NCBI GenBank assembly: GCA_963743915.1
Contig: CAVURN010000002.1
Coordinates: forward strand, 576,001 to 640,000
Direction of reading: 5' to 3'
DNA: 64,000 bases
From: an uncultured Actinomycetota bacterium
Lineage (GTDB): Bacteria > Actinomycetota > Actinomycetes > JAHEKZ01
Every line of letters starts with the position of its first letter. Position 1 is the stretch's first letter. Made by a program: the position numbers and the translations under genes. The notes under the pieces were generated by a model, which was not told the origin of the DNA, ran no database searches, and worked only from the letters and a program-made list of their open reading frames with translations. Shown in pieces: positions 42,955 through 52,855 of this stretch.

Positions 42955-43901
42955 GCGAGCTCCTTGGTGAGGGCGGCCGGGGACGTGGTCAGGTCGACCA
43001 CCCGGACGGCGGAGGTGTCGATGAGATCCGGGTCGGGAACCCCGGTTCCGGATGTGGCGACCGCTGCGGTGGCCCACGCCACTCCCGTACGCAGCGCCTG
43101 CAGCGGACCGCGTCCGACGGCCTGGAGGTAGCCCGCCAGAAGTGCGTCGCCTGCGCCCACCGTGTTGCGCACCTCCGCCACCGGCGCAGCTGCGTGGACG
43201 CGCGAGGTGTCGTCGACCAGCACGGCTCCGTCGGCACCGAGGCTGCACAGGACGCGTCCGGCACCACGTTCCCGCAGGACGTCGCAGGCCTCCACCACTC
43301 CCCCGACCGACGTCACCGGGCGCCCGACGGCCTCCGCAAGCTCGTCACGGTTGGGTTTGACGAGGTCGGGCTGGTGCCGAAGCCCGGCGGTCAGGGCCGG
43401 ACCACTGGTGTCGAGAGCGACGAGAGCGCCGGACGCGTGCGCGCGCTCGATGAGCATCGCGACGACCACAGGCCCGGCACCCGGAGGCAGGCTTCCCCCG
43501 ATGACGACCCAGTCACCGGACTGCACGCGGCGCTCGACGGCCTCGAGCACGGCGTCGATCTCCTCGGCGGAGAGGAGGGGGCCGGGTTCGTTGAGCTTGG
43601 TGGTGGTTCCGTCCGGCTCGGCAACGGTGATGTTCGCGCGAGTCGCTCCGCCGATGCTGACGGGCTCGACATCGACACCGGCATCGGCGAGCTGGGCCAC
43701 CAGCGCCTTGCCGATCGAACCTCCCACCGGCAGGACCGCCAGCGCCTCACCGCCGTGTGCGACGAGTGCGCGGGCGACATTGACGCCCTTGCCGCCGGGG
43801 TCGTCACGTGTGGCGTCCGCGCGGAGCACAGCCCCGCGGACGAGCTCGTGCACCAGAAGGGTGCGGTCGAGGCTGGGGTTGAGCGTGACGGTGACAATCA
43901 T
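42951..43901 (-). CDS. fruK: 1-phosphofructokinase
   Basis: TVTLNPSLD, GGKGVNVA, KPN..EL, NTVGAGD. Confidence 0.92.
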   Translation of the reverse strand: MIVTVTLNPSLDRTLLVHELVRGAVLRADATRDDPGGKGVNVARALVAHGGEALAVLPVGGSIGKALVAQLADAGVDVEPVSIGGATRANITVAEPDGTTTKLNEPGPLLSAEEIDAVLEAVERRVQSGDWVVIGGSLPPGAGPVVVAMLIERAHASGALVALDTSGPALTAGLRHQPDLVKPNRDELAEAVGRPVTSVGGVVEACDVLRERGAGRVLCSLGADGAVLVDDTSRVHAAAPVAEVRNTVGAGDALLAGYLQAVGRGPLQALRTGVAWATAAVATSGTGVPDPDLIDTSAVRVVDLTTSPAALTKELA

Positions 43902-44659
43902 GCGCACACCACCCGGGGCCCAACAGCCTCGATCTCGGCGACGACCGCCGCATCGAGCCCGGTGTCGGTGATGACAGTGTCGACGTCGGCGAGCGATCCG
44001 AAACGGGCGAAGTGGTCGGCACCGAACTTGGTGTGGTCGGCCAGCACGACCGCCCGGCGCGCCGAATGGATGAGTGCGCTCTTCACCGCGGCTTCGGAGC
44101 GGTCGGGCGTCGTCAGCCCTCGTGCGGCGGAGACGCCGTTGGCGCCGACGAACGCGACGTCGACGAAGAGGCCACGCAGGAACTGCTGGGCCGCCTCGTC
44201 CACGGTGGCGAGGGTCCGCTGGCGCACGCGACCGCCTACCAGGTGGAGCGTGATGTTCGGGGCGATGGCCAGACGCATCGCGTGCGGGAGGCTGTTGGTG
44301 ACGACGGTGATCTCGCGGTCGACCGGCAGCAGCTCGACCAGGCGCATCGTCGTGGTGCCGGCGTCGATCGCGATGGTCCCGTCGTCGGGCAGCTCGGCCA
44401 GCGCAGCCTTGGCGATGCGCTCCTTCTCGGCGACCAGGACGCCCTCACGGACCGCCACCGCAGGCTCGACCCCGAGCCGCTCGACGGGGATGGCGCCACC
44501 GTGGACGCGTCGCACGAGCCCCTGGCGCTCCAGGACGGTGAGGTCGCGGCGCACCGTCTCAGCCGTGACCCCGAGCTCGTCGGCGGCGCGAGAGACGTCC
44601 ACGCGACCGTCTCGACGGGCCGTGCTGAGGATCAGCTGTTGGCGCTCGGCGGGGTACAT
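43898..44659 (-). CDS. fruR: DeoR/GlpR family regulator of the fructose operon
   Basis: ERQQ.I, VTAETVRRDL, RVHGGA, DAGTT, DHTKFG. Confidence 0.9.
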   Translation of the reverse strand: MYPAERQQLILSTARRDGRVDVSRAADELGVTAETVRRDLTVLERQGLVRRVHGGAIPVERLGVEPAVAVREGVLVAEKERIAKAALAELPDDGTIAIDAGTTTMRLVELLPVDREITVVTNSLPHAMRLAIAPNITLHLVGGRVRQRTLATVDEAAQQFLRGLFVDVAFVGANGVSAARGLTTPDRSEAAVKSALIHSARRAVVLADHTKFGADHFARFGSLADVDTVITDTGLDAAVVAEIEAVGPRVVCA

Positions 44660-44742
44660 GCGGATCATCGAAGACCCTAACCAAACAGATGTCAATAGAT
44701 TCGGACAGAATCCCACACAAAACTTCCCGAAACTCACACTGT
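44660..44742 (-). promoter_or_regulatory. fru operon promoter/operator region
   Basis: AT-rich; TTGACA at 44690-44695 on the minus strand; repeated TGTNNG-like units. Confidence 0.5.
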
Positions 44743-44845
44743 GACGCCTTGTCTTACCCATGGGTCGGACGTAGGACTGCCCCTATCGGCTCGGCGCGCA
44801 CCAGGGTCGTCCTGAGCAGCAGCCGCCGGGCGGAGAGGCAACGCC

Positions 44846-45130
44846 ATGTACGGAACGGTGATGATCGCGCGTCCGGCAGTCTCCATCGACGAGCTCCGCG
44901 CACGCTTGGAGAAGTGGGAGGCGAACCGCTCTCGCCCGATCGGTTACGTCGACCAGTGGGTGATGGCCGCCGATGACGACCGCGTGGTGATGGCAGTTCG
45001 CTTCGAGTCGAAGGAGAAGTACCTCGCCCTCGCTGACGACCCCGCCCAGGACGAGTGGTGGAGCACCGAGATGGCGCCGCTCCTCTCCGGCGACCCGGAG
45101 TGGATCGACGGGGAGTGGATCAAGGTCTAG
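44846..45130 (+). CDS. Small hypothetical protein, possibly ABM-like dimeric alpha/beta barrel
   Basis: V.F.S.E.Y..A..P.QD.WW pattern; GGAGAGG RBS. Confidence 0.7.
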   Translation: MYGTVMIARPAVSIDELRARLEKWEANRSRPIGYVDQWVMAADDDRVVMAVRFESKEKYLALADDPAQDEWWSTEMAPLLSGDPEWIDGEWIKV

Positions 45131-45990
45131 GGAGTCTGCGGGGAGCGGTGGCCGATCCAGAGGGTGAAGCGGGTCAATGACCGAAAGCCCATCGACCGGT
45201 AGACCGGCTGACCGTCGTCGGAGGCGATGAGCACGGCTGGCTTGGTGGGGTCTGCGTTCGCCGCGGCCTGGGTGACGGCACGCCCGAATCCGCGCCCGCG
45301 ATACTCCGGTCGGCAGGTCACCAGCGTGACGTCGACGATCTGGTCGGTGACGAAGGATGCTGCCGTGGCCACTGGCACGCCGTCGCAGTAGCCGACGAAC
45401 ACGTGCCAGGCGGGATGGTCGAGCAGGGTCGGTCCGACGAAGACGCCGCGACGCCACGGAAGCAGGTCGGGGACCGGGTACGCCTCAAGCAGCACCTGTT
45501 CGAAATGGTCGAGCTGCTCGAGGGTCTGTGCCTGCAGCACCCGCAGGTCTTGCGGAACGGGGCGTCCGGCGTCCGCAAGGTGGGGCAATCGCGCCATGCA
45601 CGGCGGATGGCCGACCGGGTCGAGACCCATGCCCCGCAGGTCCGGCGTGGGGAAGAGGCTGTAGACGAGGTACGGCCCGCCCTGGCGTGCCGAAAAGGCC
45701 TCCGTCTGGCGGCGGATGAGAGAAGCAGCGCCTTCGGCGTCGACGGGACGGCTCCAGATCACCGGGTTGCCGAAGACGCTGGCCGATCCGGCGTCCACCC
45801 AGGTGGCGCCTGCGGCCTGGTCGCCCCCGACCGTGGCGCCGACTGTTGCGCCCCACGAGGTCCACAGCTGACGCTCGGCACGTCCGAAGTCGAGCAGCAG
45901 GTTGTCACCGTCCGGCGTCTGTGCGTCGTACCCCGGGTCGAGGTACTCCCCCTCGGTGGCCGCGAGCGATGCGGCGTCGAGCTCGGCCAT
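45127..45990 (-). CDS. GNAT family N-acetyltransferase
   Basis: V..RPEYRGRGFG..V, G.PVY.SMGF. Confidence 0.85.
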   Translation of the reverse strand: MAELDAASLAATEGEYLDPGYDAQTPDGDNLLLDFGRAERQLWTSWGATVGATVGGDQAAGATWVDAGSASVFGNPVIWSRPVDAEGAASLIRRQTEAFSARQGGPYLVYSLFPTPDLRGMGLDPVGHPPCMARLPHLADAGRPVPQDLRVLQAQTLEQLDHFEQVLLEAYPVPDLLPWRRGVFVGPTLLDHPAWHVFVGYCDGVPVATAASFVTDQIVDVTLVTCRPEYRGRGFGRAVTQAAANADPTKPAVLIASDDGQPVYRSMGFRSLTRFTLWIGHRSPQTP

Positions 45991-45991
45991 C

Positions 45992-46327
45992 TCAGTGGGT
46001 CACCGCGTCGTTCCCCATCTGGACCAGAACGATGCCGACCATGACCACTGCGAGCCCGATTGCGGTCATGACGGAGATCTTGTCGCCGAAGATCCACATT
46101 CCGATCACGGTGACCAGCGCGATCCCGAACGCGGACCAGATCGCGTAGACAACACCCTGCGGGATGCCGGTCTTGAGGACGAGCGACAGGAGGTAGAACG
46201 AGATGCCGTATCCGATGACCACCGCGATCGAGGGAAGCAGCTTCGAGAACCCGTCCGTGGCACGCAGGAAGGCCGTGCCCACGACCTCGAACGCAATCGC
46301 CAGCGCGAGGAGCAACCACGTCGGCAT
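45992..46327 (-). CDS. SMR/DMT small multidrug efflux protein (EmrE/QacE-like)
   Basis: AIAFEV.GT..L..GF, YAIWS..G; 4 TM helices. Confidence 0.9.
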   Translation of the reverse strand: MPTWLLLALAIAFEVVGTAFLRATDGFSKLLPSIAVVIGYGISFYLLSLVLKTGIPQGVVYAIWSAFGIALVTVIGMWIFGDKISVMTAIGLAVVMVGIVLVQMGNDAVTH

Positions 46328-46465
46328 GAGATCCGTCCTTGTCGAGAAGTTGGGGACAAGTCGCGCCAGCCTACCTACCCGGGCGTAGCTCCTTGGTGCC
46401 CTGTGAGTGCTGACGGGCAAAGAGTAGGAAGGCACTCTCAGGCCCGTCCCTTGGAGGCACCCGAG

Positions 46466-46792
46466 ATGCCCAGTGCCTGGACAGCGAGTGTGTCGTCGCG
46501 CCGACTTCCTGTTCCGCGCTCACGGGGCCTGATCGCACTGACTGCCGACGTCTGGAGGGCGGGGCGTTCGCGTTTCCTCGTCAACCTCGTCGGATGGCCG
46601 CTCGGTGTCGCCCTGGGTGTCTGGCTGCTGTTGGCGTACGAAGGAGTCGCTGGTGTTGGGCTGATGGTGGTCCTCGGACTGGTCACCGAGTGGGCCTACC
46701 GCGTCGACGAGGGTTCCGGGGAGCTGCGATGGTGGCAAGAGGTGCTTCTCTGGATCGACGACGCCGATGACGGCGATGGCTCGGACGACTGA
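46466..46792 (+). CDS. Small hypothetical membrane protein
   Basis: GGAGG RBS; two hydrophobic helices; acidic tail. Confidence 0.5.
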   Translation: MPSAWTASVSSRRLPVPRSRGLIALTADVWRAGRSRFLVNLVGWPLGVALGVWLLLAYEGVAGVGLMVVLGLVTEWAYRVDEGSGELRWWQEVLLWIDDADDGDGSDD

Positions 46793-46859
46793 CCCGCAAA
46801 CTCACATCAAGATCACCGGACTGCCGGACACGGCCCACGACGAAGGGCATCCTGTGGGC

Positions 46860-47237
46860 ATGACCGCGCCCACCGCCGCACCGGAGAGCGACGCCGCGCC
46901 GCGGCGGACACGTACAGCCAGACGAGTCGCGATGGTTGCCGCAACCCTCATCGTGCTGCTCGCGCTCGGTCTCATCGCGGGATACGGCTGGTGGCGCTAC
47001 GAGAAGGTGTATGCCTACGACGACTATCTGCGGGGCTACGCGCTCGGGGAGCACTGGCACGCGACGGATCGCAAGGGCAATTGCGAGACCGAGGCGCGAC
47101 GCCTGTATCCGAGCACGAGGGCACATCCCTTCCCACGCGGCCTCAACGCCTTCCGGGCCGGCTGCGCAGACGGACTTGCGGGCGTCCCAGCATCAGGTTG
47201 GACCTTGCACGACCGCCTGGCAGTGATGGCCGACTAG
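46860..47237 (+). CDS. Hypothetical membrane-anchored protein with two Cys
   Basis: Basic residues followed by a TM helix; Y..GY..G...C...F..GC.DG. Confidence 0.6.
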   Translation: MTAPTAAPESDAAPRRTRTARRVAMVAATLIVLLALGLIAGYGWWRYEKVYAYDDYLRGYALGEHWHATDRKGNCETEARRLYPSTRAHPFPRGLNAFRAGCADGLAGVPASGWTLHDRLAVMAD

Positions 47238-47285
47238 GCCTGTTGCCGTATGGTGGCCGCGCACCGCTCGCACGCAGCAGGCCAC

Positions 47286-47717
47286 ATGCCTCCGCCCAGG
47301 CCGAAAACGCTTCCGAAGACTCTCGCAGCGGTCGCACTGACGACGGCGCTCATCAGCGGATGCAGCCTCTTCAACCGTGACGCGGCAGCCACCTGGGACC
47401 TGGCACCAGACCAGTCGCTTGACGCCGAGACCACCACCTTCACCGCGCTAGTCACGCGCCTCGACTGCAACAGCGGGATCACCGGCGAGGTGAACGAGCC
47501 CGAAATCGAGTTCACCGACAGCGAGGTGGTCATCACCTTCACCGTCAGCCCCCGCACACGCGGCGATGGGGATTGCCAGGGCAACGACCAGATTCGTCAT
47601 GAAGTCGATCTGCCGCAGGCGCTTGGGGATCGGGCGCTCGTCGACGGCCAATGCGCGGCTTCGGAGGCGGACGGCACCGAGCCATGCCGTCCCGACGGCG
47701 TCCGCTACACCCCGTAA
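47286..47717 (+). CDS. Hypothetical lipoprotein
   Basis: Lipobox LISGC; C.SG..G, CQGN, LGDR.LVDG.C. Confidence 0.7.
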   Translation: MPPPRPKTLPKTLAAVALTTALISGCSLFNRDAAATWDLAPDQSLDAETTTFTALVTRLDCNSGITGEVNEPEIEFTDSEVVITFTVSPRTRGDGDCQGNDQIRHEVDLPQALGDRALVDGQCAASEADGTEPCRPDGVRYTP

Positions 47718-47740
47718 GACTGCCTTGAAGGGAACTTCGA

Positions 47741-47816
47741 TGGTGGGCGCAGACGGACTTGAACCGCCGACCGCCGGTTTGTAAGACCGGAGCTCTACCA
47801 GCTGAGCTATACGCCC
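47741..47816 (-). tRNA. tRNA-Val(TAC)
   Basis: GGGCGTATAGCTCAGCTGGTAGAGC..CCGGT-CTTACAA-ACCGG..GGTTCAAGTCC..CGCCCACCA, 76 nt with CCA. Confidence 0.97.
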
Positions 47817-47843
47817 GGGAAGCCGCCGAGCCTAGCTTCGGCG

Positions 47844-48307
47844 TCAGCCAGGGACGCGAGGACCTTCTCGTACTCGTCGGGGTCTCGAGCATCGGGAATC
47901 GCGTTGACCACGGTGTACCGGACGACACCCTGCTTGTCGATGATGAACGTCCCACGCAACGGCGCTCCCGCGCCTCTCGTTGAAGACACCGTAGGCACGA
48001 GAGACCTCACCGTGCGGCCAGTGGTCGCTCAGCAGGCTGAAGGCGTACCCCTCACGCTCGGCGAAGATGCGGAGCGAGAACTTCGCGTCGCACGAGACCG
48101 CCAGCGTCACGGTCTCGTCGTTGTCGAAGGTGGCGATGCGCTCGTTGAGCTCGCACAGCTCGCCGGTGCACACCCCGGTGAAGGCCCACGGGTAGAAGAC
48201 CAGGACCACGTTGCGTTCCGTCCTCGGAACGACGAGAGCGTGATCGGCTCGCCGTGCTGGTTGGGCAGGGTGAAGTCGGGTGCCGGCTGACCGACGTCGA
48301 CAGGCAT
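47844..48307 (-). CDS. Peroxiredoxin (AhpE-like) with apparent frameshifts near 48218, 47970 and possibly 47848
   Basis: APDFTL, VLVFYPWAFTGVCTGELC, LSDHWPHG and RGTFIID are spread over three ORFs; usual position between DUF3052 and tRNA-Val. Confidence 0.85.
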
Positions 48308-48352
48308 GGCGTGACCTTCCGTGCGGGGGTTACTCGGCGAGTCAACCAGGAG

Positions 48353-48388
48353 GGGACCTTCGGCGCACGTCGGCGGGACCTAGGTCCT
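48353..48388 (+). promoter_or_regulatory. Tandem DosR/DevR-like boxes
   Basis: GGGACCTTCGGCGC and GGGACCTAGGTCCT, starts 22 bp apart, upstream of the DoxX gene. Confidence 0.6.
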
Positions 48389-48457
48389 TGATCACTCAAC
48401 CGTCGAAGGAGGACCCTCAGGACAAGAGCTTTTCGCATCTCACGTGAGGAGACGGAG

Positions 48458-49106
48458 ATGACCACCACCCACCACAGCGACCTGAGTGTCAGCACCAGTG
48501 AGCGCGGTTGGTACCACGACTTCACCATGGCGGCCGTCCACGAAGTACTGGGCGGCCGCTTCTCGCATCTTCATCGGGTTCGTGTTCCTGTGGGCATTCC
48601 TCGACAAGAACTTCGGGCTCGGCTACACCACCCAGAGCGAGGGAGCCTGGAACTTCGCCACCGGCGACGGAAGCCCGACTTTCGGCTTCCTCACCTTCGG
48701 CACCAACCCGGACGGCCCTTTCGCCGGCTTCTTCCAGAACCTCGGTGAGAGTGCCGGCGTGATGGGCGCAGAGGGCCCGACCCTCTACCCCGGATCCTGG
48801 GTCAACTGGGGCTTCATGCTCGCCCTGCTCGGTGTCGGCGTCGCGCTGATGCTCGGCATCCTCGTCCGCATCAGCTCCATCGGCGGAGCCGTGCTGCTCG
48901 TCCTCATGTACCTGGCCGAGTGGCCGCTCAACGCGGTCGACCCCGAGACCGGATTCAACACCGCGAACAACCCGATCATGGACGACCACATCATCTACGC
49001 GGTCGTGATGATCATGCTGATGCTCTTCACCGCCGAGCGGACCATCGGACTTGGCAAGTGGTGGGAGTCCACCAGCCTGGTCCAGCGCTTCCCCTGGCTC
49101 GCCTGA
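48458..49106 (+). CDS. DoxX/TQO-subunit family membrane protein; ATG 48458 with early frameshift, or GTG 48486
   Basis: R..IGFVFLWAFLDK.FGLGY.T, GSPT.GFL, NP..DDH..YA, GLG.WW. Confidence 0.85.
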
Positions 49107-49121
49107 CACCGTCCAACAACG

Positions 49122-49153
49122 CGAGGACCCCGTTCCACGGAGCGGGGTCTTCG
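49122..49153. terminator. Hairpin between convergent DoxX and DUF3052 genes
   Basis: CGAGGACCCCGTTCC-ac-GGAGCGGGGTCTTCG. Confidence 0.65.
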
Positions 49154-49184
49154 ACGTGGTGCTGCGGAGCTGCGGAGTGTGGAA

Positions 49185-49613
49185 TCAGCGTCCGAGCTTC
49201 GGAGCCACCAGACGGGTGCCCGCCCACTCCGGGGCGGCGCTCATGCTCTTGGTGGAGGACAACCCCGCCGTGCGGGCCGCCTCACCGATCTCGCTGGGCT
49301 CCACGTGGCCGTCCCGACCGGCCTTCGGGGTGAAGAGCCAGACCACCCCGCCGGACGTGATCGCCGAGAGCGCGTCGACGAGAGCATCCACGAGGTCACC
49401 GTCGTCATCGCGCCACCACAGCACGACGACGTCCGCCACGTCGTCGAACTCATCGCCCACCATGGGCGTGCCGAGGATCGTCTCGATCGCGGTGCGCAGT
49501 GTGGCGTCGCTGTCACCATCGGCCCCGATCTCGAGGACCACCTGTCCACTGGCGAAGCCCATGCGCTCGGCCTGGCCAGCAGACCCTTCGGCCGGCGCGT
49601 CACTCGCGCTCAC
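49185..49613 (-). CDS. DUF3052 family protein
   Basis: DVVVLWWRDDDGDLVDALVD, W..TPK.GR, EAA.TAGL. Confidence 0.88.
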   Translation of the reverse strand: MSASDAPAEGSAGQAERMGFASGQVVLEIGADGDSDATLRTAIETILGTPMVGDEFDDVADVVVLWWRDDDGDLVDALVDALSAITSGGVVWLFTPKAGRDGHVEPSEIGEAARTAGLSSTKSMSAAPEWAGTRLVAPKLGR

Positions 49614-49774
49614 GCGTACCCCTTCCCGATCGTTCCCGGGCTGTCACCCGAGGTCGTGACCGGTAGTCCATTACAGCGCGCGGCGACACGCAAGCACATC
49701 AGCCCATTTGTGTGGTGCGGCTGAGGGCAGAGAGTGAACCTGAGGGCGCCCCGGCAGCCGTGCCGGGGCAGCGA

Positions 49775-49972
49775 TCAGGCGGTTTCGGCGTCCACGTGGT
49801 GGACCACGGCGTCTGAACCGGGGAAGACCAGGCCCTCGTGACCGTCGTCGAAGCGGACCAGGAACGGGGGCGTCCCTCCCTCGCCACGCACCTCGAGGAT
49901 CTCCGCGGTGCGGTCGGGCTCACCGACGTGATGGGATTTCAGGATGAGTGTCTCGCCGATCTTGGCGTGCAT
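49775..49972 (-). CDS. DUF1918 domain protein (Rv0569-like)
   Basis: MHA.IG..L....HVG..DR..EI.EVRG..G.PPF.VRF.DGHE.LVFPG.DA; GGAGG RBS. Confidence 0.85.
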   Translation of the reverse strand: MHAKIGETLILKSHHVGEPDRTAEILEVRGEGGTPPFLVRFDDGHEGLVFPGSDAVVHHVDAETA

Positions 49973-50032
49973 GGCGGCCTCCCTCCGGACTCCGAGTGCC
50001 TCCACCCTGTCAAAGCAGGCCGCCCGGGGGAA

Positions 50033-50046
50033 GGGACCTTCGGCGG
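50033..50046. promoter_or_regulatory. DosR-like box upstream of DUF1918
   Basis: GGGACCTTCGGC, identical to the 12-mer at 48353. Confidence 0.5.
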
Positions 50047-50116
50047 GGAGCAGTCGCGTCCGCGAGCGTAGGCTGGCCGGAGCAGCTGTTCCCGCACGAA
50101 GTGAGGCGATATCAGC

Positions 50117-52853
50117 GTGGAGACCGGACGCGAGCGCACCCCCCTGATCAGCAGCGGTCTGCCGACCCAGCTGGTGGACGTCGACCCTGAGGAGACACAG
50201 GAGTGGCGTGACTCGCTCGACGACGTCATCGACACCCAGGGTGCTTACCGCGCCCGCTACGTCATGCTCAGCCTGCTCCAACGCGCCCGGGAGCGGAACG
50301 TCGGAGTTCCCTCGCTGCGCGCCACCGACTACATCAACACCATTCCGCCGGAGCAGGAGCCGTGGTTCCCGGGCGACGAGTGGATGGAGCAGCGCATCCG
50401 TGCCTACGTCCGCTGGAACGCGGCGATCATGGTGCACCGCGCCCAGCGCCCGGGGGTCGGCGTCGGCGGACACATCTCGACCTACGCGTCCAGCGCCTAC
50501 CTCTACGAGGTGGGCTTCAACCACTTCTTCCGCGGCCCGGACGCCCCCGGGGGCGGCGACCAGATCTTCTTCCAGGGACACGCGTCGCCCGGCATCTATG
50601 CGCGCGCGTTCCTCGAGGGGCGGTTGGACGAGAACCGGATGGACGGGTTCCGGCAGGAACTGTCCCACCCGGGGGGTGGCCTGCCGTCGTATCCGCACCC
50701 GCGCCTCATGCCCGACTTCTGGCAGTTCCCCACGGTGTCGATGGGTCTCGGTCCGATCAACGCCATCTACCAGGCCCAGTTCAACCGGTACCTGCACAAC
50801 CGCGGCATCAAGGACACCTCCGAGCAGCATGTCTGGGCGTTCCTCGGGGACGGTGAGATGGACGAGGTCGAGTCGCTGGGGCCGATCGGGCTCGCCGCGC
50901 GCGAGGAGCTGGACAACCTCACGTTCGTCATCAACTGCAACCTGCAGCGTCTGGACGGCCCTGTCCGCGGCAACGGCAAGATCATCCAAGAGCTCGAGGC
51001 CTTCTTCCGCGGCGCCGGCTGGAACGTCATCAAGGTGGTGTGGGGTCGCAAGTGGGACGAGCTGCTTGCTCAGGACGCCGACGGCGCGCTCGTGAACCTG
51101 ATGAACGTCACGCCCGACGGAGACTTCCAGACCTACAAGTCCGAGAACGGTGCCTTCGTCCGCGAGCACTTCTTCGGCCGCGACCCGCGGACGCGCAAGA
51201 TGGTCGAGGACTGGACCGACGACGAGATCTGGTCGCTGCAGCGCGGCGGGCACGACTACCGCAAGCTGTACGCCGCCTATCACTCTGCTCTCGAGCACAA
51301 GGGGCAGCCGACCGTGATCCTGGCCAAGACCATCAAGGGGTGGACGCTGGGCTCGCACTTCGAGGGTCGCAACTCGACGCACCAGATGAAGAAGCTGACC
51401 CTCGACGACCTCAAGGGCTTCCGTGACCGGTTGAAGATCCCGATCGACGACGCCGACCTCGACGCCAAGCTGCCGCCCTACTACCGACCGGGCGAGGACA
51501 GCGACACCACCCGGTACCTGCACGAGCGCCGTCAGGCCCTGGGCGGCTCGATCCCACAGCGACGTACCGAGAGCCGTCCGCTCGTGCTCCCGGGTGACCT
51601 CGCCTACGACGTGGCGAAGCGGGGCGCCGGCAAGCAGCAGGTGGCCACCACCATGGCCTTCGTCCGACTGCTCAAGGACCTGCTCAAGGACCCGGAGATC
51701 GGCCCTCGCATCGTGCCGATCATCCCGGACGAGGCGCGCACCTTCGGCATGGACGCCATGTTCCCGGTGCAGAAGATCTACAACCCGCACGGCCAGACCT
51801 ACGTCTCGGTCGACCGCGAGCTGATGCTGTCGTACAAGGAGGCCACCGACGGCCAGCTGCTGCACCAGGGCATCAACGAAGCCGGCTCGACGGCGTCCTT
51901 CATCGCAGCGGGCACGTCGTACTCGACGCACGACGAGCCGATGATCCCCGTCTACATCTTCTACTCGATGTTCGGATTCCAGCGCACCGCGTGACGCGCT
52001 CTGGGGTGCGGGCGACCAGATGACCCGCGGGTTCCTGATCGGCGCGACCGCCGGACGCACCACGCTCAACGGCGAAGGCCTGCAGCACGAGGACGGCCAC
52101 TCGCACCTGCTCGCTGCCACCAACCCGGCCGTGATGGCGTACGACCCCGCGTACGCCTTCGAGATCGGGCACATCGTCAGGGACGGACTCCGCCGGATGT
52201 ACGGCGAGGACTCCGAGAACGTCTTCTACTACCTGACGATGTACAACGAACCGATCGACCAGCCGGCCGAGCCAGAGGGGCTCGACGTCGACGGACTGCT
52301 CCGTGGCATGTACCGGTACCGACCGGCCGAGGCCGAGGGAACCGCGTCCGCGCAGATTCTGGCGAGTGGCTCGGCCATGCCGGGCGCGTTGCGGGCACAG
52401 CAGCTGCTGGCTGACGACTGGGGCGTTGCCGCCGACGTGTGGTCGGTCACGTCGTGGGTCGAGCTCCACCGCGACGGCCTGCGCACTGACGACGCCAACC
52501 TGCTCGATCCCGTGTCTGAGCCGAAGCAGGCGTACGTGACCCGCCGGCTGGGCGACGCGTCCGGTCCGGTCGTCGCGGTCTCGGACTACCAACGAGCCGT
52601 CCAGGAGCTGATCCGCCCCTGGGTTCCCGGCGACTACGTCACCCTGGGCACCGACGGTTACGGACTGTCCGACACCCGCGGCGCGCTGCGGCGGCACTTC
52701 CGCATCGATGCCGAGTCGATCACCGTGCGGACGCTGCAGGAGCTCGCGCGGCGCGGCGAGGTCAAGCGCGAGGTGGTCAAGGAGGCATTCGACCGCTACC
52801 GGCTCGACGACCCGCGCGCCGCCGACCCTGGCGCCGGCATGGGCGACGCCTGA
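50117..52853 (+). CDS. aceE: Pyruvate dehydrogenase E1, homodimeric type, apparent frameshift near 51990
   Basis: [29 protein letters not shown]; then [12 protein letters not shown] and LGTDG.G.SD.R in the +1 frame. Confidence 0.95.
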
Positions 52854-52855
52854 CG

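Noticed and set aside
46328-46400. Guanidine riboswitch upstream of the SMR gene
   Set aside because: Only a GACAAG-like fragment is present. There are no paired ACGR hairpins or guanidine-III pseudoknot, and the protein looks EmrE/Qac-like rather than Gdx-like.
46403-46418. att duplication of the tRNA-Val 3' end
   Set aside because: Only 12/16 identity and no integrase; not distinguishable from chance.
51985-52020. Split aceE or TGA readthrough/selenocysteine
   Set aside because: The downstream part is in the +1 frame. Deleting one base restores FQRTGD, so this is not readthrough.
49973-52174. 799-aa antisense ORF and similar long antisense ORFs across the window
   Set aside because: High-GC mirror frames of real genes. 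Only the last 65 aa of this one (DUF1918) are credible.
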